From an uncultured Bacilli bacterium (GTDB lineage Bacteria > Bacillota_I > Bacilli_A > RF39 > UBA660): a stretch of DNA of 64,000 nucleotides. Below, piece by piece: positions 28,904-36,732 of the stretch. Below the pieces are notes generated by a model. It was not told the DNA's origin. It was given only the letters and a program-made list of their open reading frames with translations, and made no database searches. A program made the position numbers and the translations under genes. The stretch's first letter is position 1. Every line of letters starts with the position of its first letter. The stretch is taken from positions 67-64,066 of the forward strand of contig CANROB010000007.1 of the NCBI GenBank assembly GCA_947632115.1. Direction: 5' to 3'.

Positions 28904-29344
28904 TTATCCTCCCATCACAAAGTATCGTAGTAACCCAAAAAGATAGGCACTGACCACGCCAAAAATAATAACGGTTCCAGCTAGTTTAAACATATTAGCC
29001 CCAAGCCCAGTTACTAGGCCCTCTTTTCGATATTCCAAGGCTGCACTCATCATCGAATGCGCAAAACCGGTAATTGGAATAATAAGACCACACCGCGCAA
29101 AAGAAACCATTTTATCAAAAAATCCCAAACAAGTTAAAAAGCATCCTAAAAAGACTAACGTAATAATCATAAAGACACTGGCGTCTTTTGTTGGAATACT
29201 AAAATAATAAGCATAAAACGAAACTAATGTCTGTCCTAATACCCCCATTAGTCCCCCTACTAAAAAAGCAATAAGCCCATTTGTTAAACGATTTTCTTTT
29301 GGGGTATACTTACTCACTAACATCTTGTATTTCTTTTTATCCAT
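28904..29344 (-). CDS. spoVAC: stage V sporulation protein AC
   Basis: TPKENRLTNGLIAFLVGGLMGVLGQ N-terminal pattern and four TM segments. Confidence 0.9.
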   Translation of the reverse strand: MDKKKYKMLVSKYTPKENRLTNGLIAFLVGGLMGVLGQTLVSFYAYYFSIPTKDASVFMIITLVFLGCFLTCLGFFDKMVSFARCGLIIPITGFAHSMMSAALEYRKEGLVTGLGANMFKLAGTVIIFGVVSAYLFGLLRYFVMGG

Positions 29345-29398
29345 AAAAAAACCTCCTATTCCTATTATGGAATAGAAGATTTTATTTTATACTTCTAC

Positions 29399-30811
29399 TT
29401 ACTTTTTTAAACCAGAGTAATATTTCTCACAAGATTTTTTTTGTTCTTCTGTTTTAGCAAGATTAAAACTATACTGTTTCGTTGCTTCATTATAACTCAT
29501 TAAAACATACTCTGAAGTAGCAGAACCACTAGGTAATTTAATATCTTTGGTACTTAAATATCCACCATTATATAAGTCATCGATAGATACGCATACTTCC
29601 GTTACTTTAGCCGCTTCTGTTGCTCTTGTTGCAATTCTTTGTAAAGAATCTCTTAATTCATCAAAATCAGCAACATTTAAGAATGCTTCATCCGTTTGAT
29701 TATATTTATAATCTTTCACACTTTTATGTTCCAAATAATATCTTAAATTTCTGTTAATATCGGACTTAGGTTCCGTTGAAGAAGTTGTTCCTAAAGTATT
29801 AATATCTGTAGATGGCGATAGCATAAAGTTAGCATAAGGAGCTAAAGAGCCAATTCCAATTGTATAGAAGTGAGCTTCCGCGCCATAAACCTCTGAAGCT
29901 TTTTGTTTTGCCAAATAAGCTACCCTCATAACATTATAAACCATTTCACTATTTTTAATACTAGCAGAATCTTTCGTATAATTGACAATGAATCCCTTAC
30001 AAGACTTATCAACCCAAGAACTATAACTTACACAAGCAGATCTACCATTTCCAATATTAACATTACCTAATTTAAAAGGATTAGCTTCATCAAGGGTTCT
30101 TCCAGCGGTAGGTTCTCCATCTGTTATTAAGATATAAACAGGTATTCTTTTTCCTTTTTCAACGGTATTTTTTGTCATCAAAGTAGCTGCCGTTTGTACA
30201 CCCGCCATTGTGTAGGTTGCACCATTATTCGCCGTAACTTCAATCGTTTTTCCTCCTACTGTAAAAGTAAAACAATTAGATAGCCCTGCAGAATTCTTAT
30301 ATAAGTCAGCTTTTCCATCGTGGTTAGTATCTCTAGCCACCAATTTATTTACATTACCAATTGGCGTTAGTTCTGTTTTTACACGAATAGAATCTGTTGT
30401 AATAGCAGTGAAAGAAGCGTTGTAAGCTCCACCAAATACAACAAAAGCAACACGATTATCAGGATTCTCTTTAAAGATATCCAAAGTTTGATTCGTCGCA
30501 GCAATTAATCCATCAATTCGACTACCAATTCCTGTCATAGCTCCATTCATAGAGTTTGAGGCATCTAGAACAAATACAATATCCAATCCAATCTGAATCT
30601 TTGAAGCCTCTGTATCATCAAACAAATCTGAATTGTTAACAGACCATTTCTCAGCAGCATTGACAATTGCTTTTTCTTCTGATTCGGAAATTTCCTTTTT
30701 TGATTCATCAATGTTTTTTACAACTAAACGGGAAACTAATAACAATAATATGGCTAAAATAACTAAAACTGATAACAATTCTACTAACGTAAAACCTTTT
30801 TTCTTTTTCAT
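29399..30811 (-). CDS. prepilin-type N-terminal domain protein fused to a von Willebrand factor A domain (paralog 1)
   Basis: Class III signal MKKKKG/FTLVELLSVLVILAILLLLV with Glu at +5. MIDAS DASNS, with downstream Thr (TYTMAG) and Asp (ITDGEPT). Confidence 0.8.
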   Translation of the reverse strand: MKKKKGFTLVELLSVLVILAILLLLVSRLVVKNIDESKKEISESEEKAIVNAAEKWSVNNSDLFDDTEASKIQIGLDIVFVLDASNSMNGAMTGIGSRIDGLIAATNQTLDIFKENPDNRVAFVVFGGAYNASFTAITTDSIRVKTELTPIGNVNKLVARDTNHDGKADLYKNSAGLSNCFTFTVGGKTIEVTANNGATYTMAGVQTAATLMTKNTVEKGKRIPVYILITDGEPTAGRTLDEANPFKLGNVNIGNGRSACVSYSSWVDKSCKGFIVNYTKDSASIKNSEMVYNVMRVAYLAKQKASEVYGAEAHFYTIGIGSLAPYANFMLSPSTDINTLGTTSSTEPKSDINRNLRYYLEHKSVKDYKYNQTDEAFLNVADFDELRDSLQRIATRATEAAKVTEVCVSIDDLYNGGYLSTKDIKLPSGSATSEYVLMSYNEATKQYSFNLAKTEEQKKSCEKYYSGLKK

Positions 30812-30812
30812 C

Positions 30813-31292
30813 TTACACCTCTATCTCAATCTTTTTTCCATGATGTTCATATTGCTCATATTGAATGCCTGCCATATCTAGCAATCTTTTAGAAGCAATC
30901 ACTCCATCCGTATTCGCATATTTGTCGCTATCATATACCACTCTTTTAATGCCAGATTGGATAATTATTTTTGTACACTCATTACAAGGGAATAAAGTGA
31001 CATAAATCGTCGCCCCGTTCAAGTTTCTTCCCCCACTATTCATGATAGCATTCAATTCTCCGTGACATACATATAAATATTTGGTTTCTAATGGTTTACC
31101 TTCTCTGTCCCATGGGAAATCACTGTCATCGATACCATTAGGAGTACCATTATATCCAATGGAAATAATTCGATGATCTTTATCCACAATACAGGCCCCT
31201 ACCTGAGTAGATGGGTCCTTACTGCGCTCTTTGGATAGATGAGCAATTCCCATAAAATACTCATCCCACGTAATATAATTTTCCCGTTTCAT
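30813..31292 (-). CDS. comEB: dCMP deaminase (ComEB-type)
   Basis: CHGELNAI and PCNECTKIIIQSGIKRVVY zinc motifs. Confidence 0.9.
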   Translation of the reverse strand: MKRENYITWDEYFMGIAHLSKERSKDPSTQVGACIVDKDHRIISIGYNGTPNGIDDSDFPWDREGKPLETKYLYVCHGELNAIMNSGGRNLNGATIYVTLFPCNECTKIIIQSGIKRVVYDSDKYANTDGVIASKRLLDMAGIQYEQYEHHGKKIEIEV

Positions 31293-31452
31293 GTTAACAC
31301 CTCTATTATCATTATAACATAGAAGACTCTTTTTCCAAACAAAATTTTAGTATTTAACATAAAACACTACCAACCCAAAATAGTTTGCCATAAAAATACC
31401 GAGAATAGGATAGAAAAATATTAAGGTAGAAGATTTTATTTTATACTTTTAC

Positions 31453-32901
31453 TTATTTTTTTAATCCTGCATAGTAATTCTCACAAGATTTTTTCTGTTC
31501 ATCCGTTTTAGCGAGATTAAAACTATACTGTTTTGTAGCTTCATTATAACTCATTAAAACATACTGTGAAGTAGCAGAACCACTAGGTAATTTAATATCT
31601 TTGGTACTTAAATATCCACCCTTATATAAATCATCAATAGATACACATACCTCTGTTACTTTAGCCGCTTCTGTTACTCTTGTGGCAACTCTTTGTAAAG
31701 AATCTCTTAAATCGTCAAAATTAGCAACATTTAAGAATGCTTCATCTATTTGATTGTATTTATATTCGTTCACATTTTTGTGCTCCAAATAATATCTTAA
31801 ATTTTGATTGGTATTTCCTTTTGGTTCTGTAGAAACAGATACTCCTAAAGTATTAATATCTGTAGATGGCGATAACATGTAGTTCGCATAAGGCGCTAAA
31901 TTACCAATTCCTATTGTGTAGAAATAGGCGGTACTTCCATACGTTTCTGCCGCCTTTTGTTTTGCTAAATAGGCAACTCGCATAACATTATAAACCATTT
32001 CACTATTTTTAATCGTTGCCTTATCTGCTCCATATTTATCAGCAGAACTAAAGTTATTAATGATGAAATTACTACAATAACCTTTGCTAGATTTTTCTTT
32101 AGTATTCCACTCACTCGTATTCAAACAAAGTGTTCTTCCGTTTCCAATATTAGCATTTTTCATTTGAAACGGATTACTTTCATCTAAAGTAGAACCCGTT
32201 GTTGGTTCTCCATCTGTCACTAAAATATAAACAGGAATTCTCGTTCCTTTTTCTACGGATGTATTTGCAAACATTTGAGCTGCCTGTTGTAATCCAATCA
32301 TTGTATAAGTTCCTGATTCCAAATTAGTAACTTGAATTGCCTTACCATCTACTGAAAAAGCAAAATCTCCATTGGAATTGGTTGTAATTTTTCCTGAACT
32401 TGATGTTTTTTTATCATAAGTTAATGCCTTCATAGGCGTAACAGATGTGATGGATTTTAAATCTTCTTTCAAACGAATAGAAGCTGTTGTAATATGGGTA
32501 TAAGATCCATCAAAAGTTCCACCAAATACAACAAACCCGACACGATTATTTGCATTTTCATGGAATATATTTAAAGCTTCATTGGTAGCTGTTATCAAGC
32601 CATCCATTCGCTTACCAATTCCTGCCATTTCTTCATTCATCGTCTTAGAAGCATCTAGAATAAAAATAATATCCAATCCAATCTGGATTTTTGAAGCCTC
32701 TGTATCATCAAACAAATCAGAATTGTTAACAGACCATTTCTCAGCAGCATTGACAATTGCTTTTTCTTCTGATTCGGAAATTTCCTTTTTAGATTCATCA
32801 ATGTTTTTTACAACTAAACGGGAAACTAACAACAATAATATAGCCAAAATAACTAAAACTGATAATAATTCTACTAACGAGAATCCCTTATTCTTTTTCA
32901 T
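31453..32901 (-). CDS. prepilin-type N-terminal domain protein fused to a von Willebrand factor A domain (paralog 2)
   Basis: MKKNKG/FSLVELLSVLVILAILLLLV. MIDAS variant DASKT. The ends are near-identical to paralog 1, while the centre has diverged. Confidence 0.8.
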   Translation of the reverse strand: MKKNKGFSLVELLSVLVILAILLLLVSRLVVKNIDESKKEISESEEKAIVNAAEKWSVNNSDLFDDTEASKIQIGLDIIFILDASKTMNEEMAGIGKRMDGLITATNEALNIFHENANNRVGFVVFGGTFDGSYTHITTASIRLKEDLKSITSVTPMKALTYDKKTSSSGKITTNSNGDFAFSVDGKAIQVTNLESGTYTMIGLQQAAQMFANTSVEKGTRIPVYILVTDGEPTTGSTLDESNPFQMKNANIGNGRTLCLNTSEWNTKEKSSKGYCSNFIINNFSSADKYGADKATIKNSEMVYNVMRVAYLAKQKAAETYGSTAYFYTIGIGNLAPYANYMLSPSTDINTLGVSVSTEPKGNTNQNLRYYLEHKNVNEYKYNQIDEAFLNVANFDDLRDSLQRVATRVTEAAKVTEVCVSIDDLYKGGYLSTKDIKLPSGSATSQYVLMSYNEATKQYSFNLAKTDEQKKSCENYYAGLKK

Positions 32902-33015
32902 CTTACACCTCTATCATCATTATAACATAGAAGGTTCTTTTTCCAAATAAAAATTTAGTATTTAACGTAAAGTGATAGTAACAAAAAAATATGTTACAAT
33001 AAAAGTGGTGAGAAT

Positions 33016-33588
33016 ATGATAGAAGAAATTTTAAAAAAAATGGAACCTTATAAAACAATTCATCGACAAATAGAAGGTATAAGTGGCGGAGAATTTCTAA
33101 AGATATCTCAAGAAACTTTTACTTTACAAAATGGAGAAACTTTAAAAAGGAATGCCCTTGTAAAACGAAATACGGATGCTGTTGTCATCATTCCTGAAAC
33201 CAAGGATTATCGATTTTTGATGGTCATTCAGCCACGTCCTTTTACGAAAAGAGGCGTAACCATTGAGTTTCCTGCGGGATATGTAGAACAAAAAGAAACG
33301 CTAGAGGAAAGTGCAAGAAGAGAATTAGAAGAAGAAACAGGATATCATGCAGAAAACATGAAAGAAATTGCTAGCTATTACCAAGATGTTTCTTGTTCAC
33401 GGTCAGTTATCCATATTTTTCATGCTAAAGATGCCGAAAAAGTAACAGAGCAACATTTAGATGATAGTGAAATGATTACCTTCATGGAAGTTACCCAAGA
33501 AGAACTTTTCGAACTTTACCAACAAGGACTTATTGTTGATGCCAATACCGCCTTTGCCATCCAATATTTACTCACACTTTTAAAATAA
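33016..33588 (+). CDS. NUDIX hydrolase (ADP-ribose pyrophosphatase-like)
   Basis: Nudix box GYVEQKETLEESARRELEEETGY. Confidence 0.85.
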   Translation: MIEEILKKMEPYKTIHRQIEGISGGEFLKISQETFTLQNGETLKRNALVKRNTDAVVIIPETKDYRFLMVIQPRPFTKRGVTIEFPAGYVEQKETLEESARRELEEETGYHAENMKEIASYYQDVSCSRSVIHIFHAKDAEKVTEQHLDDSEMITFMEVTQEELFELYQQGLIVDANTAFAIQYLLTLLK

Positions 33589-33608
33589 TATTTTTACCAC
33601 AAAAGTAT

Positions 33609-33637
33609 TTGAAATATAAAAAAAATGTGTTATAATT
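33609..33637 (+). promoter_or_regulatory. sigma-A type promoter of tRNA-Lys
   Basis: TTGAAA-17-TATAAT with a TG extended -10, located 20 nt upstream of the tRNA 5' end. Confidence 0.65.
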
Positions 33638-33657
33638 AATTCTGTCAGCGAGAATAT

Positions 33658-33733
33658 GTCTCCTTAGCTCAGTTGGTAGAGCAACAGACTCTTAATCTGT
33701 GGGTCTAGGGTTCGAGCCCCTAAGGGGACACCA
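33658..33733 (+). tRNA. tRNA-Lys (anticodon CUU), CCA encoded
   Basis: Hand-folded cloverleaf. Acceptor stem GTCTCCT/AGGGGAC, D-arm GCTC/GAGC, anticodon stem ACAGA/TCTGT with loop CTCTTAA, T-arm TAGGG-TTCGAGC-CCCTA. Confidence 0.9.
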
Positions 33734-33747
33734 GTTTTGATAAGAAA

Positions 33748-33769
33748 GCCTTGTAATACAAGGTTTTTT
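33748..33769 (+). terminator. intrinsic terminator after tRNA-Lys
   Basis: CCTTG-TAATA-CAAGG hairpin followed by TTTTT. Confidence 0.7.
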
Positions 33770-33793
33770 ATTTTCAAAAAAAGATAGAAAATT

Positions 33794-34441
33794 CTATCTT
33801 TTTTTTGGAAATCCATTTAATCCTTTATCTTTCATAATCTTTGGATAATCTTTATACGAATAATCTCTATCACAGTCTACTCCAGCAATAGTTCTTGCTT
33901 TTCCACCAGAAAATTGCCACATCCCGTAAGTTAGACCTGTTGGACGAAATCGTTCCCAATAAGCTACCCATTTATCATAGGCTCTTAGTCTTCTTAATTC
34001 CATATAATGAAAGAACCAATTTAAAGAAGCATAAATGATAACATAATAGCCTTTTTCTTCAAGGTATTCTGCAAATCCTAAAATAGCATCAGTTACTCTT
34101 CTTCTTCCTGCTTTTCTTTGATAAATATTATCTTCTACATCCATCGCAATTGGGTATTCAAAGGTTTTATCTTTAAGACAGTGTTCATATAAGAATTCTG
34201 CTTCCTCTCTTCCTTCTTCATAAGTAGTAGCTCTAGAGTACCAATAAGCTCCGACATTGATTTTAGCTTCTTTCGCATGGCGATAATTTTCTTCAAACCG
34301 AGGATCTACTGTTTTAGAAATTCCATTTCTACGATCCGTAAAACCTGCTCGAATCATGGCAAAAGTAACGTCATCTTTTTTCGCTTTTTTAAAAGAAAAA
34401 TCTCCTTGGAAAGAAGAAATGTCTATACCAAATTTTTTCAT
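33794..34441 (-). CDS. glycoside hydrolase family 25 muramidase (lysozyme)
   Basis: MKKFGIDISSFQGDFSF...AMIRAGF...IAMDVED motifs. Start trimmed to the ATG with an AAAGGAGG RBS. Confidence 0.85.
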   Translation of the reverse strand: MKKFGIDISSFQGDFSFKKAKKDDVTFAMIRAGFTDRRNGISKTVDPRFEENYRHAKEAKINVGAYWYSRATTYEEGREEAEFLYEHCLKDKTFEYPIAMDVEDNIYQRKAGRRRVTDAILGFAEYLEEKGYYVIIYASLNWFFHYMELRRLRAYDKWVAYWERFRPTGLTYGMWQFSGGKARTIAGVDCDRDYSYKDYPKIMKDKGLNGFPKKR

Positions 34442-34500
34442 GTTACCTCCTTTCTCTATATGGTATTCCATCAAAAAAGAAAGGAAAGTTTTATCACACA

Positions 34501-34563
34501 AAAGGCAAAATAAAAACCCTTTAAAATAAAGGGCTTATCACTAACTTAGTGACCCGTATGGGA
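34501..34563 (-). repeat. 63-bp triple-hairpin terminator module, copy 1
   Basis: 61/63 identical to 35415-35477. On the minus strand it reads CCCATACGGG, TCACTAAGTTAGTGA, then AAGCCCTTTATTTTAAAGGGTTTTTATTTT. Confidence 0.8.
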
Positions 34564-34620
34564 TAAGAAATATTATTAAAATTGTTTACTTGGTGAATCA
34601 TTAGTAATCAGGCTGAGTTC

Positions 34621-35004
34621 TCAGTTGATAACGTATTTATTGTATGCAGCTTTTGTCTTTTTATTTTCATATTTTTTATCTGGTATTGGAAACACAGTTT
34701 TTATCTTTAATTCATTTGAGTTTTCTACTTTAACACGAACAGTAATATTATTATGAATCTTTTTATAATACTCTAATGAATTATTCTTTTCGTTATATAA
34801 GACAAAATCACACTCATTTATAATATAATCTAGGTTTTTCATGATAAAAGCAAACTCTTTAGGATTGCTAAAATCACCATAATGCCTATTATAACAGTGC
34901 TTTCTGTCATTTTCATATATAACAATCTCTTTGCCAGTTAACTCTGGTCTTTTGCACTCATTAGCCATATCAGATGTCACTTTAGCAATTCGCTCTTTAT
35001 TCAT
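34621..35004 (-). CDS. small PBECR-like (barnase/EndoU/colicin-E5/RelE-fold) putative nuclease, 127 aa
   Basis: AGGTGA RBS. The pattern KEIVIYENDRKHCYNRHYGDF...LDYIINECDFVLYN...SLEYYKK...VRVKV resembles standalone phage PBECR-domain proteins as remembered; not verified by search. Confidence 0.5.
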   Translation of the reverse strand: MNKERIAKVTSDMANECKRPELTGKEIVIYENDRKHCYNRHYGDFSNPKEFAFIMKNLDYIINECDFVLYNEKNNSLEYYKKIHNNITVRVKVENSNELKIKTVFPIPDKKYENKKTKAAYNKYVIN

Positions 35005-35026
35005 TCAATTCACCTAGTTTCCTACA

Positions 35027-35301
35027 AAAAAAATCCATACTCCGAAGAGTATGGAAGTTGAGACATTAGGCTAATGCACCACTCTAGCATCTCATCAGAC
35101 TTTACATCCTACACTTAAGAAATTGGCTATAGCCAATATCCGCGATAGTTAGTGACTTTCTACCTCTAATATCTCTTCATTAAAATAACAAGAAAACGAG
35201 AAGATATATGTCGAATCTCTATTCTTGTAATTACAATTTATCACATAATCGGAGCTTTTGCAAATTTAAACTTATTTAACCAATACCCCTGTGACAAATT
35301 T
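35027..35301 (-). ncRNA. ~275-nt non-coding structured leader/RNA L1, ending in an intrinsic terminator
   Basis: Lies downstream of a consensus promoter and has no ORF longer than 22 codons. It contains multiple helices, including the 16-nt palindrome ATTGGCTATAGCCAAT at 35122-35137. The terminator CCATACTC-TTCG-GAGTATGG plus U8 is at 35027-35054. Confidence 0.55.
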
Positions 35302-35307
35302 CCGTAT

Positions 35308-35336
35308 AGTATAGCAGTAAAAAATGTTTATGTCAA
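35308..35336 (-). promoter_or_regulatory. consensus sigma-A promoter P1
   Basis: Minus strand TTGACA-17-TATACT. Confidence 0.7.
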
Positions 35337-35414
35337 GTCAAAAAAAGTATAGTCATAAGCATTATAAAAATAGAAATAATTAGAAATTAAGAGGTAAATA
35401 GTCGGTAAAATGAA

Positions 35415-35477
35415 AAAGGCAAAATAAAAACCCTTTAAAATAAAGGGCTTATCACTAACTTGGTGACCCGTACGGGA
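35415..35477 (-). repeat. 63-bp triple-hairpin terminator module, copy 2
   Basis: 61/63 identical to 34501-34563. Confidence 0.8.
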
Positions 35478-35609
35478 ATGATTTGACAGAATTATTGCAA
35501 CACATTTATTCATTAATACCAATAAAAACAAGGAAAATTATATTATAAAAATTATTAAAAATTTATTGTTTTTAGTTTTTTAGTACCTAAATAGTACCTA
35601 AAATTTAAT

Positions 35610-35939
35610 ATGAAATCAAAAAGAAGTAAAGCTACAAATATTTCAAAATCTGTAAAAGATAAAGTATGGGAAAGAGACAATCATAGATGTGTTGTCTGTG
35701 GAAATAGTTATAATGTTATGCCCAATGCACACATCTTATCTCGTGCAAAAGGCGGACTAGGAATTGAAACTAATATTGTAACAATGTGTACCAATCTAAC
35801 CCCAAACAAATGCCATGAAAAATATGATAATGGAACGAAGGAACAACACGATGCCATTTTTAAAATTATAGCGAAGTATATGAAATCCGTCTATGGCAAT
35901 GACTGGAATATTGATGATCAGAGATATCGTAAATTATAA
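35610..35939 (+). CDS. HNH endonuclease (109 aa)
   Basis: WERDNHRCVVCG...NAHILSRAKGG...N..TMC...CHEKYD, an HNH/zinc-finger pattern. No Shine-Dalgarno is visible, and a tandem TAGTACCTAAA x2 lies just upstream. Confidence 0.7.
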   Translation: MKSKRSKATNISKSVKDKVWERDNHRCVVCGNSYNVMPNAHILSRAKGGLGIETNIVTMCTNLTPNKCHEKYDNGTKEQHDAIFKIIAKYMKSVYGNDWNIDDQRYRKL

Positions 35940-35947
35940 AAGACAAG

Positions 35948-36376
35948 TTAATCAACTTGTCTTTTTTTATAACCATATTTTTTTAATGACTGTTTTTTTA
36001 TTGTTTCTTCCTCATTTAGTTTTCTATTTCTTATTTTTACCTCGCTTACCGGATATATACTAGCTACATATAATTCCCTTTTTCCAGTGTTTTGAACTAC
36101 CACACAAACATTTTCTAGTAATTTTTTGTAATACTCAATTCCATGCTTTTCTACATTATAATATACATAATCTGGTGCATTGATAACATCAACAACATGA
36201 TCAATTGTATAATTAAAACTATCAACAGATAAAAACTGTTTAGCATGAGGTGCTATATGGATGTATAAATCTAAAGATTGAACAATCTCCTTTCCTCGGC
36301 ACTCATCTAAAAACCATTTTTTGATGATATCATCATTAACATAACCAATTTTTTTACAAACTCTATTTTTGGGCAT
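35948..36376 (-). CDS. small PBECR-like putative nuclease, 143 aa (paralog-like of 34621-35004)
   Basis: AGGTGA RBS. The pattern IGYVNDDIIKK...KEIVQSLDLYIHIAPHAKQF...VINAPDYVYYN...GIEYYKK...VVVQ has the same layout as the 127-aa protein. Confidence 0.5.
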   Translation of the reverse strand: MPKNRVCKKIGYVNDDIIKKWFLDECRGKEIVQSLDLYIHIAPHAKQFLSVDSFNYTIDHVVDVINAPDYVYYNVEKHGIEYYKKLLENVCVVVQNTGKRELYVASIYPVSEVKIRNRKLNEEETIKKQSLKKYGYKKRQVD

Positions 36377-36394
36377 ATGCATCACCTACAATAT

Positions 36395-36670
36395 AACAAA
36401 ACAGCCCATGCCAAACGGCACAGGCTGGAGTAATCAAGGCAGGGCTCCCAAATTCCTACATACCTACTTTCGACAAATGTCTACTCAAACTCTTTCGAGC
36501 GTACTGGGCGAAGACTTTCCAGTTTCTTAATTACTCATTACAATAATAGCAATGTATATACACGAATGTTGTCGTACATTGGCACCAATGCTATTGTAAT
36601 TACAATTTATCACATAATTGGAGTTTTTGCAAATCTAAACTTATTTAACCAATCCCCCTGTGACAAATTT
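36395..36670 (-). ncRNA. ~275-nt non-coding structured leader/RNA L2, ending in an intrinsic terminator
   Basis: No ORF longer than 13 codons. The 5' ~76 nt are about 93% identical to L1. An 11-bp helix pairs 36589-36599 with 36538-36551. The terminator hairpin CAGCCTGTGCC-GTTT-GGCATGGGCTG plus UUUUGUU is at 36395-36427. Confidence 0.55.
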
Positions 36671-36676
36671 CTGTAT

Positions 36677-36705
36677 AGTATAGCAGTATTATATTTATTT
36701 GTCAA
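36677..36705 (-). promoter_or_regulatory. consensus sigma-A promoter P2
   Basis: Minus strand TTGACA-17-TATACT, directly after the endolysin terminator hairpin (GGCATAGC/GCTATGCC plus a T-run). Confidence 0.7.
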
Positions 36706-36732
36706 CACAAAAAAAGAGGCATAGCAATTAAG

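Noticed and set aside
32582-32950. 122-aa plus-strand ORF, and its twin at 30633-30881
   Set aside because: They are antisense to the conserved 5' ends of the two pilin-vWA genes. They appear twice only because the underlying DNA is duplicated.
35091-35098. CUGAUGAG (hammerhead-core-like) in leader L1
   Set aside because: The downstream partner after the putative stem II (AUGC...GCAU) is UAGCC, not GAAA. The L2 leader has no equivalent, so there is no support for a hammerhead ribozyme.
35328-35531. 67-aa minus-strand ORF
   Set aside because: It spans the 63-bp terminator repeat and promoter P1, has no RBS, and gives an F/Y/L-rich AT-driven translation.
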